From NCBI RefSeq assembly GCF_030144855.1, contig NC_082731.1, positions 29,946,001-30,010,000 of the forward strand: 64,000 nt of DNA. Direction: 5' to 3'. The notes below the pieces were generated by a model. It made no database searches. It was not told where the DNA came from and was given only the letters and a program-made list of their open reading frames with translations. Origin of the DNA: Hypanus sabinus (Eukaryota). Positions 50,301-61,400 of this stretch are shown in pieces; positions within the stretch are counted from its first letter, which is position 1; each line of letters begins with the position of its first letter. Position numbers and translations under genes: made by a program.

Positions 50301-53300
50301 GTACAGGAGGTGTGGGGGAACCACTGGGCAGGTCTGGAGAATGGATCCAAGTTACCCCAGTTGAAGCGGGTCAAGTTAACAGGAGAGTTAGGGCCTGGTT
50401 ACCAGGGACAGGCAGGACTTTGAATGGGGCTTTGTTACCAGGGTAGATGTGGTTACTCAGGTCCTCAGTTACCAGAGAGAGTGGGGCCTTGAATACCAGG
50501 ACAGATGGAGAAGGAGGTGTGGCCTTGGATCCTGGGAAGAGGGAGTGTAATAACTGGGTCCGGTGTGGCCTTAGTTACCAGGGAGAGGTGTCATCTTGTT
50601 ACCCAAGGCACTGGTTACCAGGGGGTGGGAGAGAGGATGGATCTTGGTTACTGGGGGGGGGGAAGGGTGAGGGAGAGGATGGATCTTGGTTACCGGAGGC
50701 GGGGGTGGGGAGAGGATGGATCTTGGTTACCGGGGGGGTGGGGAGAGGATGGATCTTGGTTACCGGGGGGGTGGGGAGAGGATGGATCTTGGTTACCGGG
50801 GGGGTGTGGGGAGAGGATGGATCTTGGTTACCGGAGGCGGGGGTGGGGAGAGGATGGATCTTGGTTACCGGGGGGGTGGGGAGAGGATGGATCTTGGTTA
50901 CCGGGGGGGTGTGGGGAGAGGATGGATCTTGGTTACCGGGGGCGGGGGGGGGGGGGAGGATGGATCTTGGTTACCGGGGGCGGGGGGGAGAGGATGGATC
51001 TTGGTTACCGGGGGGGTGTGGGGAGAGGATGGATCTTGGTTACCGGAGGCGGGGGTGGGGAGAGGATGGATCTTGGTTACCGGGGGGGGGTGGGGAGAGG
51101 ATGGATCTTGGTTACCGGGGGGGTGGGGAGAGGATGGATCTTGGTTACCGGGGGGGTGTGGGGAGAGGATGGATCTTGGTTACCGGGGGCGGGGGGGGGG
51201 AGGATGGATCTTGGTTACCGAGGGCGGGGGGGAGAGGATGGATCTTGGTTACCAGGGGGTGAGGGAGAGGATGGATCTTGGTTACCGGGGGTGGGGGGAG
51301 AGGATGGATCTTGGTTACCAGGAGGGTGGGGGAGAGGATGGATCTTGGTTACCAGGAGGGTGGGGAGAGATGGATCTTGGTTACCGGAGGGGGGGTGGGG
51401 AGAGGATGGATCTTGGTTACCGGGGGGGTGGGGAGAGGATGGATCTTGGTTACCGGGGGCGGGGGGGGGAGGATGGATCTTGGTTACCGGGGGTGGGGGG
51501 AGAGGATGGATCTTGGTTACCAGGAGGGTGGGGGAGAGGATGGATCTTGGTTACCAGGAGGGTGGGGAGAGATGGATCTTGGTTACCGGAGGGGGGGTGG
51601 GGAGAGGATGGATCTTGGTTACCGGGGGGGTGGGGAGAGGATGGATCTTGGTTACCGGGGGGGTGGGGAGAGGATGGATCTTGGTTACCGGGGGTGGGGG
51701 GAGAGGATGGATCTTGGTTACCAGGAGGGTGGGGGAGAGGATGGATCTTGGTTACCAGGAGGGTGGGGAGAGATGGATCTTGGTTACCGGAGGGGGGGTG
51801 GGGAGAGGATGGATCTTGGTTACCGGGGGGGTGGGGAGAGGATGGATCTTGGTTACCGGGGGCGGGGGGGGGGGAGGATGGATCTTGGTTACCGGGGGCG
51901 GGGGGAGAGGATGGATCTTGGTTACCAGGGGGTGAGGGAGAGGATGGATCTTGGTTACCGGGGGTGGGGGGAGAGGATGGATCTTGGTTACCGGGGGCGG
52001 GGGGGGGAAGGATGGATCTTGGTTACCGGGGGCGGGGGGGAGAGGATGGATCTTGGTTACCGGGGGGGGGGGGGTGAGGGAGAGGATGGATCTTGGTTAC
52101 CAGGGGGGTGGGGAGAGGATGGATCTTGGTTAACGGGGGTGGGGGGAGAGGATGGATCTTGGTTACTGGGGGGGGGGGGGGGAAGGGTGAGGGAGAGGAT
52201 GGATCTTGGTTACCGGGGGGGGGGGGGGAGAGGATGGATCTTGGTTACCGGGGGTGGGGAGAGGATGGATCTTGGTTACCAGGGGGTGAGGGAGAGGATG
52301 GATCTTGGTTACCGGGGGTGGGGGGAGAGGATGGATCTTGGTTACCAGGGGGGTGGGGAGAGGATGGATCTTGGTTACCGGGAGTGGGGGGAGAGGATGG
52401 ATCTTGGTTACCGGGAGTGGGGGGAGAGGATGGATCTTGGTTACCAGGAGGGTGGGGGAGAGGATGGATCTTGGTTACCAGGAGGGTGGGGAGAGGGTGG
52501 ATCTTGGTTACCAGGGGGGTGGGGAGAGGATGGATCTTGGTTACCGGAGGGGGGGTGCGGAGAGGATGGATCTTGGTTACCGGGGGGGTGGGGAGAGGAT
52601 GGATCTTGGTTACCGGGGGGGGTGGGGAGAGGATGGATCTTGGTTACCGGGGGGGGTGGGGAGAGGATGGATCTTGGTTACCGGGGGCGGGGGGGGGGGG
52701 GAGGATGGATCTTGGTTACCGGGGGCGGGGGGAGAGGATGGATCTTGGTTACCGGGGGGGGGGGTGAGGGAGAGGATGGATCTTGGTTACCAGGGGGGTG
52801 GGGAGAGGATGGATCTTGGTTAACGGGGGTGGGGGGAGAGGATGGATCTTGGTTACCAGGTGGTGAGGGAGAGGATGGATCTTGGTTACCAGGGGGCGAG
52901 GGAGAGGATGGATCTTGGTTACTGGGGAGGGGGAAGGGTGAGGGAGAGGATGGATCTTGGTTACCGGGGGGGGGGGGGGGGGAGAGGATGGATCTTGGTT
53001 ACCGGGGGGGTGTGGGGAGAGGATGGATCTTGGTTACCGGAGGCGGGGGTGGGGAGAGGATGGATCTTGGTTACCAGGGGCGGGGGGGGGGGAGGATGGA
53101 TCTTGGTTACCGGGGGCGGGGGGAGAGGATGGATCTTGGTTACCAGGAGGGTGGGGAGAGGGTGGATCTTGGTTACCGGGGGGTGGGGGGTGAGGGAGAG
53201 GATTGGTCTTGGTTACTGGGGGCCCTGATGTACTGTTGACTGCCACCACCACTCAACCCACTTTCCCTGTTTCTGACTGGCACCTCCTTTGTCCTAAGTA

Positions 53301-53876
53301 CCTTTGGTCTGTTGGATGGTGAGGGGACCTGCGTGGCAGTGATGGTGTACAACATAGCAGAGAGCTGGGCGGTGCTGATCGGAGACACGGTGGCCATTCC
53401 CCAACCTCTATTCAAGGAGCATCGACTGGAGCATCGGGGCAAGGTGAGTGTGAGAGCAGGGTGTGACCCAGGGCAAAGAGCACAACCCATGACGGTGTCT
53501 CGAAATGGATTGTGGCAAAATCTATACCCAAACCAGCACTGACACCTCTCTCTCCTGCACCCAGAACTCAAACCCTACACCCCTCAACTCCAAACCCCCA
53601 CCCCCTCAAACCCCCTTTCCTTACCACTAATCCTCAACCCCTTCTTCTCCCCTACTTCCCATTTTCCCCTACCTGCCTCCCTCCCCCCATCCACCCTCCC
53701 TCTACCCCAGGCCTGACCTCTTTCCCTTCACCCCACAGAAGTTTGCCTTCAACAGTGTCCGTGTGGAGACCCCGCTGGTGCTGATGGTGAATGGCAAGAA
53801 GCAGAGTGCCAGCTGCCAGGCCGCTGCCATCGTCGCCTACAGAGACCCTGCAGCAAGTGAGGAGAGGTTCACCTGA
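44318..53876 (+). CDS. TTC5: Tetratricopeptide repeat protein 5 (tubulin mRNA autoregulation factor), 10 exons, 448 aa
   Basis: Exons 44318-44377, 45103-45235, 45839-46050, 48259-48406, 48653-48744, 49299-49355, 49742-49888, 50075-50289, 53299-53443 and 53739-53876 join in frame (1347 nt) with GT-AG boundaries; strong similarity to human TTC5 ([47 protein letters not shown]). Confidence 0.96.
45103..45235 (+). CDS. TTC5: TTC5 exon 2
   Basis: [23 protein letters not shown]..; CAG|GAG and GAGG|GTAGG; 133 nt. Confidence 0.95.
45839..46050 (+). CDS. TTC5: TTC5 exon 3
   Basis: [41 protein letters not shown]; 212 nt. Confidence 0.97.
46880..47765 (+). mobile_element. CR1 LINE 3' fragments in TTC5 intron 3
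   Basis: [12 protein letters not shown]..; typical CR1 3' tail GGCCAAATGGCCTAATTCTGCTCCTATGTCTTATGGTCT. Confidence 0.75.
48259..48406 (+). CDS. TTC5: TTC5 exon 4
   Basis: [27 protein letters not shown]; donor GTGAGT. Confidence 0.96.
48653..48744 (+). CDS. TTC5: TTC5 exon 5
   Basis: [27 protein letters not shown]; donor GTGAGT. Confidence 0.96.
49299..49355 (+). CDS. TTC5: TTC5 exon 6
   Basis: [19 protein letters not shown]; donor GTGAGT. Confidence 0.95.
49742..49888 (+). CDS. TTC5: TTC5 exon 7
   Basis: [32 protein letters not shown]. Confidence 0.96.
50075..50289 (+). CDS. TTC5: TTC5 exon 8
   Basis: [24 protein letters not shown]; donor GTAAGT, phase 2. Confidence 0.96.
50613..53222 (+). 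repeat. G-rich minisatellite (~30-bp unit, roughly 85 copies by estimate) filling most of TTC5 intron 8
   Basis: Near-invariant core GAGAGGATGGATCTTGGTTACC followed by variable G runs (GGGGGGGTGGG, GGAGGCGGGGGTGGG, AGGAGGGTGGGG). Confidence 0.98.
53299..53443 (+). CDS. TTC5: TTC5 exon 9
   Basis: [37 protein letters not shown]; AAG acceptor. Confidence 0.96.
53739..53876 (+). CDS. TTC5: TTC5 exon 10 (coding part)
   Basis: [27 protein letters not shown]. Confidence 0.95.
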   Translation, partial: KFAFNSVRVETPLVLMVNGKKQSASCQAAAIVAYRDPAASEERFT

Positions 53877-53984
53877 GTCCAGACAGCAATTTGCTCCCCG
53901 CATCCTGGCACCCATGGAGTTAACATTACTGTTTGTGCTTCCCGTGGGATCGCTGGCCGACTACCCATGGGATGGGGGGAGAAC

Positions 53985-54780
53985 CATTTACAAAGCTGTA
54001 AATTACCACATTCTCACTGTAATAAACTGTTTACAGGAGGCAGTAATTTGCATCTCTGGATGTAATAGTTTACAGGAGGCAGTAATTTGCACCTCTCACT
54101 GTAATAAACCGTTTACAAGAGGCAGTAATTCGCACCTCTCACTGTAAGAAAAAGCTGTAATTCGGCCTCACTGTAATAAACCACTTACAGGAGGTTGTAA
54201 TTTGCACCTCTCGATGTAATAAACCACATTATAAAGTGTAAATCATCATTCTCGCTGTAATAAACAGCCTACAGGAGGCTGTAATTGCCACACTCGCTGT
54301 AATAAACCACTTACAGGAGGTTGTAATTCACCCTTCTCAATATAATAAACCATTTACAGGAGGCTGTAATCACCCCTCACTGTAATAAATCGCTTATAGG
54401 AAGCTGTAATTTGCCTTCTCAACGTAATAAACCACTTACAGAAGGTCATAATCACCACACTCGCTGTAATAAAGCACTTACAGGAGGTAATTCACCCCTC
54501 TCTGTAATAAACTGCTTACAGGAAGTTTTAACAACTACACTCGCTGTAATAAATCACTTACATGAAGTTGTAATCACCCCTCTCACTGTAATAAACCGCT
54601 TACAGGAGACTGTAAAATAGCACTCACTGCAATAAAATAATTACAGGAGACTGTAATTTACCACTCTTGATGCAATAAACCTCTCACAGGAGGCTGTAAA
54701 TTGCTGCACTCTCCATGTAATAAACTATGTAATAGGCTGTAAATCGCCATACCTAATGTAATAAACTGCGTTACACGTAG
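53985..54780 (+). repeat. Degenerate ~42-bp tandem repeat in the TTC5 3' region, almost every unit containing AATAAA
   Basis: Consensus CTCACTGTAATAAACCACTTACAGGAGGCTGTAATTTGCAC; AATAAA at 54021, 54103, 54175, 54218, 54259, 54301, 54344, 54384, 54426, 54468, 54506, 54548, 54590, 54631, 54674, 54719 and 54760. Confidence 0.92.
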
Positions 54781-55031
54781 CCCATTCACCAAGATGCCAG
54801 ATGCCCTGCCTGGGAACCTTCATGATCCCCTCCAAAGCCCTCGACTGTTCCCACAAATCTCTTGCCTTCCCCAACCCTCGAAGCTTATGCCTTCACATCC
54901 TCTTGGTTTAACCCCCTTCACAAAAAAGCTCTCCTCCCAGGATGATGGGTGAGCTTGGGGTGTGGTGCAGTCATGTTGAACACACAGGTTATAAAGTGCC
55001 CACAACAGACTGAAGAAATCCCAGCGACTAC

Positions 55032-55037
55032 TTTATT
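55032..55037 (-). terminator. Probable CCNB1IP1 poly(A) signal
   Basis: TTTATT on + (AATAAA on -), ~145 nt past the stop codon. Confidence 0.6.
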
Positions 55038-55182
55038 CAGGGTAACATTGTGGAAAGACAAAGCAGGATGTAGGGTCTACTGTTGAACTCCCAGCAATGG
55101 AATGCATTTTCCTTTCTCCTCCCATCCCCATCTCCCCACCTCCCCCCACTTCATCCCCTCTCATCCCCACTCCCCCCTAATG

Positions 55183-55403
55183 TCACATCCTCTTCATTCT
55201 GAAGGAGCTGCTGGTTGCAGCGAGGGTGGGGGGCTGGTGCTGCTCCCGGTCCCGCTCGTCACCAGGAGAGAAGCTGAAGAAACTGCCGGCACCTTCTGGA
55301 GCCGGCGAGCTGAAGAAGGAGGGTCGGAGGCGGAAGTCGCCTTCAGCTGAGGGCCTCCGACCCGGGGAGTCTGCCGGCAGCATCTTGTTCAGACCGCTTG
55401 AGG
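55183..55403 (-). CDS. CCNB1IP1: CCNB1IP1 coding exon 3
   Basis: Acceptor CCCCACCTCAG|CC; C-terminus resembles the human GDGDFQFRPFF..SFFSF..FKVKRI. Confidence 0.88.
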
Positions 55404-58400
55404 CTGAGGTGGGGAGGGTGGAGGAGAGAACCAATGGTCAGTTGGAGGTCCCCGCCAGGGCTACTCACCTAACCTCACCACCGCCAACCCCTACCCCTTC
55501 CCTTTCTTCCTCACTCACCTGATCTCTGACCCCACACCCCAATGCTGACCTTGACCCTGCCTCTGTATCTGCCAGTTCTCCCAAAACCTTGACCTTAGCT
55601 CTCTCACCTTCACCCCCCCTCCCCATCTCACACACCCAACCTGTCTCTGATCTCAGTAGCCAATGGGCCCTAAACCGACCCACAGCCAACCTTACCCATT
55701 CTCTGTCTCTCAGCCCAATTCCAGCCATTCTCAACACTCTTCCCTGCTTCCTTGGAGGGCTATACCTCCTGACCCTCACAAATTTCTTCAGAAATAGGAA
55801 AAAACTATCCAGACGCAGCACGGCTTGGTGGTGACTGCAAGAAACTGGACACAGCTCAACATGTCACCAGCCTCTCCTGCATGAAATGGACTCCATGCCC
55901 TACCAGTGAGTGCCAACCATGGTACCTAAACTTCCTAAGTTTGGCCCATACCCCTTCAAGCCCTCTCCTCCATGCACCCCTCCGAGTGCTTCTGCAATTA
56001 TACTATTGTCTCTGCCTCAACTCAACCACAATCTCTGGCAGCTCGTTCCTTATACCTAAAGGTTGCCCCTCAGTTTCCTTTTAAATATTCCACCTGCTGC
56101 TCTAAACTTCTGCCCACCGGGTAGGGACTCCCCTACCTCGGGGGAAAAGATGTAACCATCCACTTTATCTACACCTCTCATAATTCTAAACACTTCTACA
56201 AGGTCACCCTGCGTTCTCTTGCATTCCAAGGACTAAAGACCTCACCTGGCCAACCTCTCCCTATAACTCAGGTCCTCTAATCCTGGCAACTTCCTCATAA
56301 ATCTCAAACATGAGAAGATCTACAAATGCTGGAAATCCACCTCAACACGAACAAAATACTAGAGGAACTCAGCAAATCAGGTAGCATCTATGGAAAAGAG
56401 TAAACAGTTGATGCTTCAAGCCGAGACCCTTCATCAGAACTAAAGAAGGGTCCCAGCCCAAAACATTGATGGTTTATTTATTTCCATAGATGCTGCCTGG
56501 CCTGCTGAGTTCCTCCAGCATTTCGTGCCTGTTTCCTCATAAATCTTTCCTGTACTATTTACAGTTTAACCACACCTCTCTTAAGTTAACAAATTTCTTG
56601 ACACCTGCCAGTGATAATAAACCTGACTCTGATTCTTATAACAGGGTGACCAAAACTACACATTTCTCTAGAGAAAGTTGTAGAAAATTGCAAATGTTAC
56701 TCCACTCTTCAAGAAGGGAGAGAGGCGGAAGAAAGGAAACTACAGGCCAGTTAATCTGACCTCAGTGGTTGGGAAGATGTTGAAATTGATTATTAAAGAT
56801 GAGTCTCGGGGTACTAGAGGCACATGATAAAATAGGCCGTAGTCAGCATAGTTGTCTGATAAATCCATTGGAATTTGAAGAAGTAACAAGCAGGATAGAA
56901 AAAAGAGAATTGGTTCATGTTATGTACTTGGATTTTCAGAAGGCTTTTGACAAGGTGCCACACATGAGGCTGCTTAACGAGCTATAAGCCGATAGTATTA
57001 CAGGAACGATTCTAGCATGGATAAAGCAGTGGCTGACTGGCAGGAGGCAAAGAGTGGGAAGAAAGGGAGCCTTTCTGGTTGGCTGCTGGTGACTAGTGGT
57101 GTTCCACACAGATCTGTGTTGGGACTGATTCTTTTTAAGTTTAATGTTAAATCATTTGTATGATGGAATATCTGATGGCTTTGTTGCAAAGTTTGCAGAC
57201 GATATGAAAATAGCTGGAGGGGCAGGTAGTTTTGAAGAACTAGAGGCTACAGAAGGATTTAAGACAGGAGAATAGGCAAAGAAATGGAAGATGGAGTAGT
57301 GTTGGGAAGTATATGGTCATGCACTTTGGTAGAAAAAAATGAAAGGGCTGACTATTTTCTAAATGGAGAGAAATTACAAAACTGAGACACAAAAGGGACT
57401 TGGGTGGATTCACTGAAGGTTAATTTGCAGGTTGACTAGTGAGGAAGGTAAATGCAATATTAGCATTAATTTCAAGAGGACTACAATATAAAATAAAGGA
57501 GGTAATGTTGAAACTTTATAAAGCAGTGGTGAGGCCACACTTGGAGTATTGTGAGCAGGTTTGGGACCCTTATCTTAGAAGGGATGTGCTGAAACTAGAG
57601 AGGGTTCAAAAGAGGTTCACAAATATGATTCCAGAATTGAATGGCTTGCTATATGAAGTTCGTCTGATGGCCTTGGGCCTATATTCACTAAAATTCAGAT
57701 GAATGAGGGGTGACCTCATTGAGACCTATGGATTGGTAAATGACCTTGATAAGAGTGGATGTGGAAAAGATATTTCCTATGGTGGGAGAGTCTAAGATCA
57801 AAGGACACAGCCTTAGAATAGGACATCCTTTTAGTACAGAGATGAGGAATTTCTTTAGCCAAGGGTGGTGAATCTGTGGAATTATTTGCCACAGGTGGCT
57901 GTGGAGGCCAAGTCTTTACACATATGTAAGGCAAAGGTTGATAGATTCATGATTGGTCAAGGCATGAAGAGATATGTGGAGAAGGCAAGAGATTGGGGCT
58001 GAGAGGAAAATTGGATCAGCCATGAAAAAATGGCAGAGCAAAGTTGATGAGCCAAATGGCCCAATTCTTCTCCTGAATCTAATGGCCTAACCAATTTACA
58101 CAACTGGCACATAATTTCTGAACTCCTGTACTCAGTGTCCTGACTGATGAAGGACAGCATGGGCTGAACACCTTCTTCACTACCCTGTCACAACAAACTA
58201 AGCAATCGTATTCCTGGGTGGTTCAGTTGCAATGCACTCCTTAGCGCACTACCATTCATAGTACAAGTCCTCCGCTAGTATGACTTTCCAAAGTACATGT
58301 GCTCACACTAATCCAAATTGAACTATATTTGCTATTCCTGAGCCCATGTCTCCTACAGTTCAATCCCCCTGTAATCTATGACAATCCTCTTCACTACAAA

Positions 58401-61400
58401 CATCTTCCAATTTTGTGTCATCTACAAACTTATTGACCATGACTTGTGCATTTGCATCCAAATTAAATAACACCAACCCTTGCAAAACATCACTAGTTAG
58501 TTACAGCTTTAATTCTGAGGAACAACTTTCAACCAACACCCAACCTCTGAGCCAATTTTGAATCCATCTGGCATCTGCACCAGAAAGGGAGGGACCTTCC
58601 TGTAGCGACCCATTTCAATTCCACTTCCAGTTCCCATTTCTACATGTCAGTCCATGGCCTCCTTTACTGCCGCAATGAGACCACACTCAGGTTGGAGGAA
58701 CAAGACCTTATATTCCGTTTGGGTAGCCTCCAACCTGATGGCATAAACATCGATTTTTTTTGAACTTCCAGTAATTGCCCTCCCCCCTTCACCTTTTCCC
58801 ATTCTTGTTTCCCTTTCACACCTCTTTTACCTGTCCATTACCTCCCTCTGGTGCTCCTGCCCCTTCCCTTTATTCTGCCATCTACCCTCGCCTATCAGAT
58901 TCTGGCTCCTCCAGCCCTTTATATCTTTCACCAATTTCCCAGCTCTTTCCTTCCCATAAGGAACCTACCACCTTGTACTCCTTCCTCCCCTCCCCTACCT
59001 TCTTACTTTGACTTCTCCTCGTCCTTTCCAGTCCTGATGAAGGGTCTTGGCCAGAAACATCAACTGTTTACTCTTTTCCATAGATTCTGCCTGGCCTGCT
59101 GAGTTCCTCCAGTTTTGAATCCATGTAACTAGCTCTCCTTGGATTCCATGGGACAAAACCTTGCAGACCAACCTACCTTGTGAGACCTTGTTGAAGTCCG
59201 AAATAAACAACATCCACTGCCCCATCCTGATCTACCCTTTTGGTTACCTCTTCAAAAAAAATTAGCAGATCGTCTAGTATGGATTCCTTGGTAAAATAGT
59301 CAGAATAATCAAAGACCCTATTCATCCTAGACAGCTGTCAGGCAAAAGCTATTAAGCCTGAAAGCGCATACCACTGGGCTCAGGGACAGCTCCTACCTTG
59401 CTGTTGTAAGGCACTTGAACAGTCCTCTGATACAATAAGGTGAACTCTTGACCTCACAAATTACCTTGCTGTGGCCCTAGCATCTTAGTGTCTGCCTGAT
59501 TTGCACTTTCACTGTAAGTACCAGTCACACAGCACGGAAATAGGCCCCTCAGCCCAATTGTTCTGTGCTGAACAAGATTATCCATAAGATAACTCCACTT
59601 CCCGTATCTTATCTCTCTAAACCTTCCCACACACTCATACTTGTTAATTTATCTGACTGAACCACTTCCTATGGCAGCTCATTCCATATTCTGACCGCCT
59701 TCTGGGTGAAAAAGTTGCTTCTTGGGTTCCTATTAAATCTTTCCCCTCACTTTAAACCTGTCTCCTCTAGTTCTTGATACCCCTCCCCTAGGGGGTAAAA
59801 GACTGTGTGCATTCACCCTGCTTGTGCCCCTCATGATTTTATATGATTACCCCTCATGCTCCAAGGAACAAATTAGCAACCTCTTTCCATAATTCAGTCC
59901 CTCAAGTCATGGCAACATCCTTGCGGACTTCAGGAAGGGTAAGACAAAGGAACACATACTGATCTTCATGGAGGGATCAGAAGTGGAGAGAGTGAGCAGT
60001 GTAGAGTTCCTGAGTGTCAAGATCTCTGAGGATCTAACCTGGTCCCAACATATTGACGTAGTTATAAAGAAAGCAATGAGTTTGGAGAGATTTGGCATGT
60101 CAACAAATACACTCAAAAACTTCTATAGTTGTACGTGGAGAGCATTCTGACAGGCCGCATCACTGTCTGGGGAATACTGCACAGGACCAAAAGAAGGTTG
60201 TAAATCTAGTCAGCTCCATCTTGGGTACCAGCCTACAAAGTACCCAGGGCATCTTCAGGGAGCAGTGTCTCAGTAAGACAGCATCCATTATTAAGGACCT
60301 CCAGCACCCAGAGCATGCCCTTTTCTCACTGTTACCATCAGGTAAGAGGTAGAGAAGCCTGAAGGCACACACTCAGCAACTCAGAAACAGCTTCTTCCCC
60401 TCTGCCATCCGATTCCTACATAGACAATGAACCCTTGGACACTACCTCACTTTTTTTAATCTTCAGTATTTCTGTTTTTTGCCCATTTTTAATATATTCA
60501 ATATATGTGTACTGTAATTGATTTACCTGTGTATTTATTATTTTTATTTTATTTATTATTTTGTTCTCTGCTAGATTACGTACTGCATTGAACTGCTGCT
60601 GCTAAGTTTACAAATTTCACGTCACATGCCGGTGAAAGTAAACCTGATTCTGATTCTGCAGTCTTCCCAGCGTACTGACATCTTTCCTATAGCAGGGTGA
60701 CCAAAACTGAACACAATATAACAAATGTGACCTCGCCAACATCTTGTATAACTAACACGTAACATCCCAACTTCTGTACTCAGTAACACACACAAAATGT
60801 TGGAGGAACTCAGCAGGCCAGGCAGCATCTGTGGAAGTGAAAAAACAGTTGACACTTTGGCCCAAGACCCTTCATCAGGACTGGAAAGGAAAAGGAAAGA
60901 AGCCAGAATGAAAAGGTTGAGTGAGGGGAAGGAGGACAGGTAGAAGGTGAAAGTGAAGCCAAGTGGACAGGAAAGGTGAAAGACTGGAGAGGAAGGAGTC
61001 TGATAGGAGAGTTATCCATAGGAGAAAGGAAAGGAGGAAGGGAGGCAGGTGAGGTTACAGAGTGGGTAATAGAGGAAGGAAATTTTTTAAACAGAACGAG
61101 AAATCTATGTTAATGTAAGGTTCCGCTTCTCCACCCTGAGGGTGGCCTCATCTTGATACAAGAAGAGGCCATGGACCAACATGTCGGAACAGGGATGGAA
61201 TGGAAATCTATTCACTGCACTGAACGATGAGAGCCTGGATGCCAGAAAACTTCTTCACCAGCCTGTCTACCCATAACCTCACTTCAGGAAACTGTACCTG
61301 GACCCCTGGGTCCTCTATTCTACAACACTCCCCAGGGCCCTGTTTTCACTGTGAATGTCTTACCCTCATGAGTGTTCACAAAAAGCAACACTTTGTGCTA

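Noticed and set aside
50613-53222. G-rich array as an Ig switch region or CRISPR-like array
   Set aside because: It lacks AGCT/WGCW density, lies inside a housekeeping gene ~38 kb past the Ig exons, and its 'spacers' are only G runs; the genome is eukaryotic.
50447-53239. Long ORFs of 271-653 aa (GWILVT / ERMDLGY / EDGSWLP repeats)
   Set aside because: Translations of a stop-poor minisatellite inside TTC5 intron 8; open in all three + frames, with no promoter or splice support.
54046-54053. Octamer ATTTGCAT as an Ig enhancer element
   Set aside because: A single chance variant of the tandem-repeat unit, far from the Ig exons; the other octamers noticed lie within repeats.
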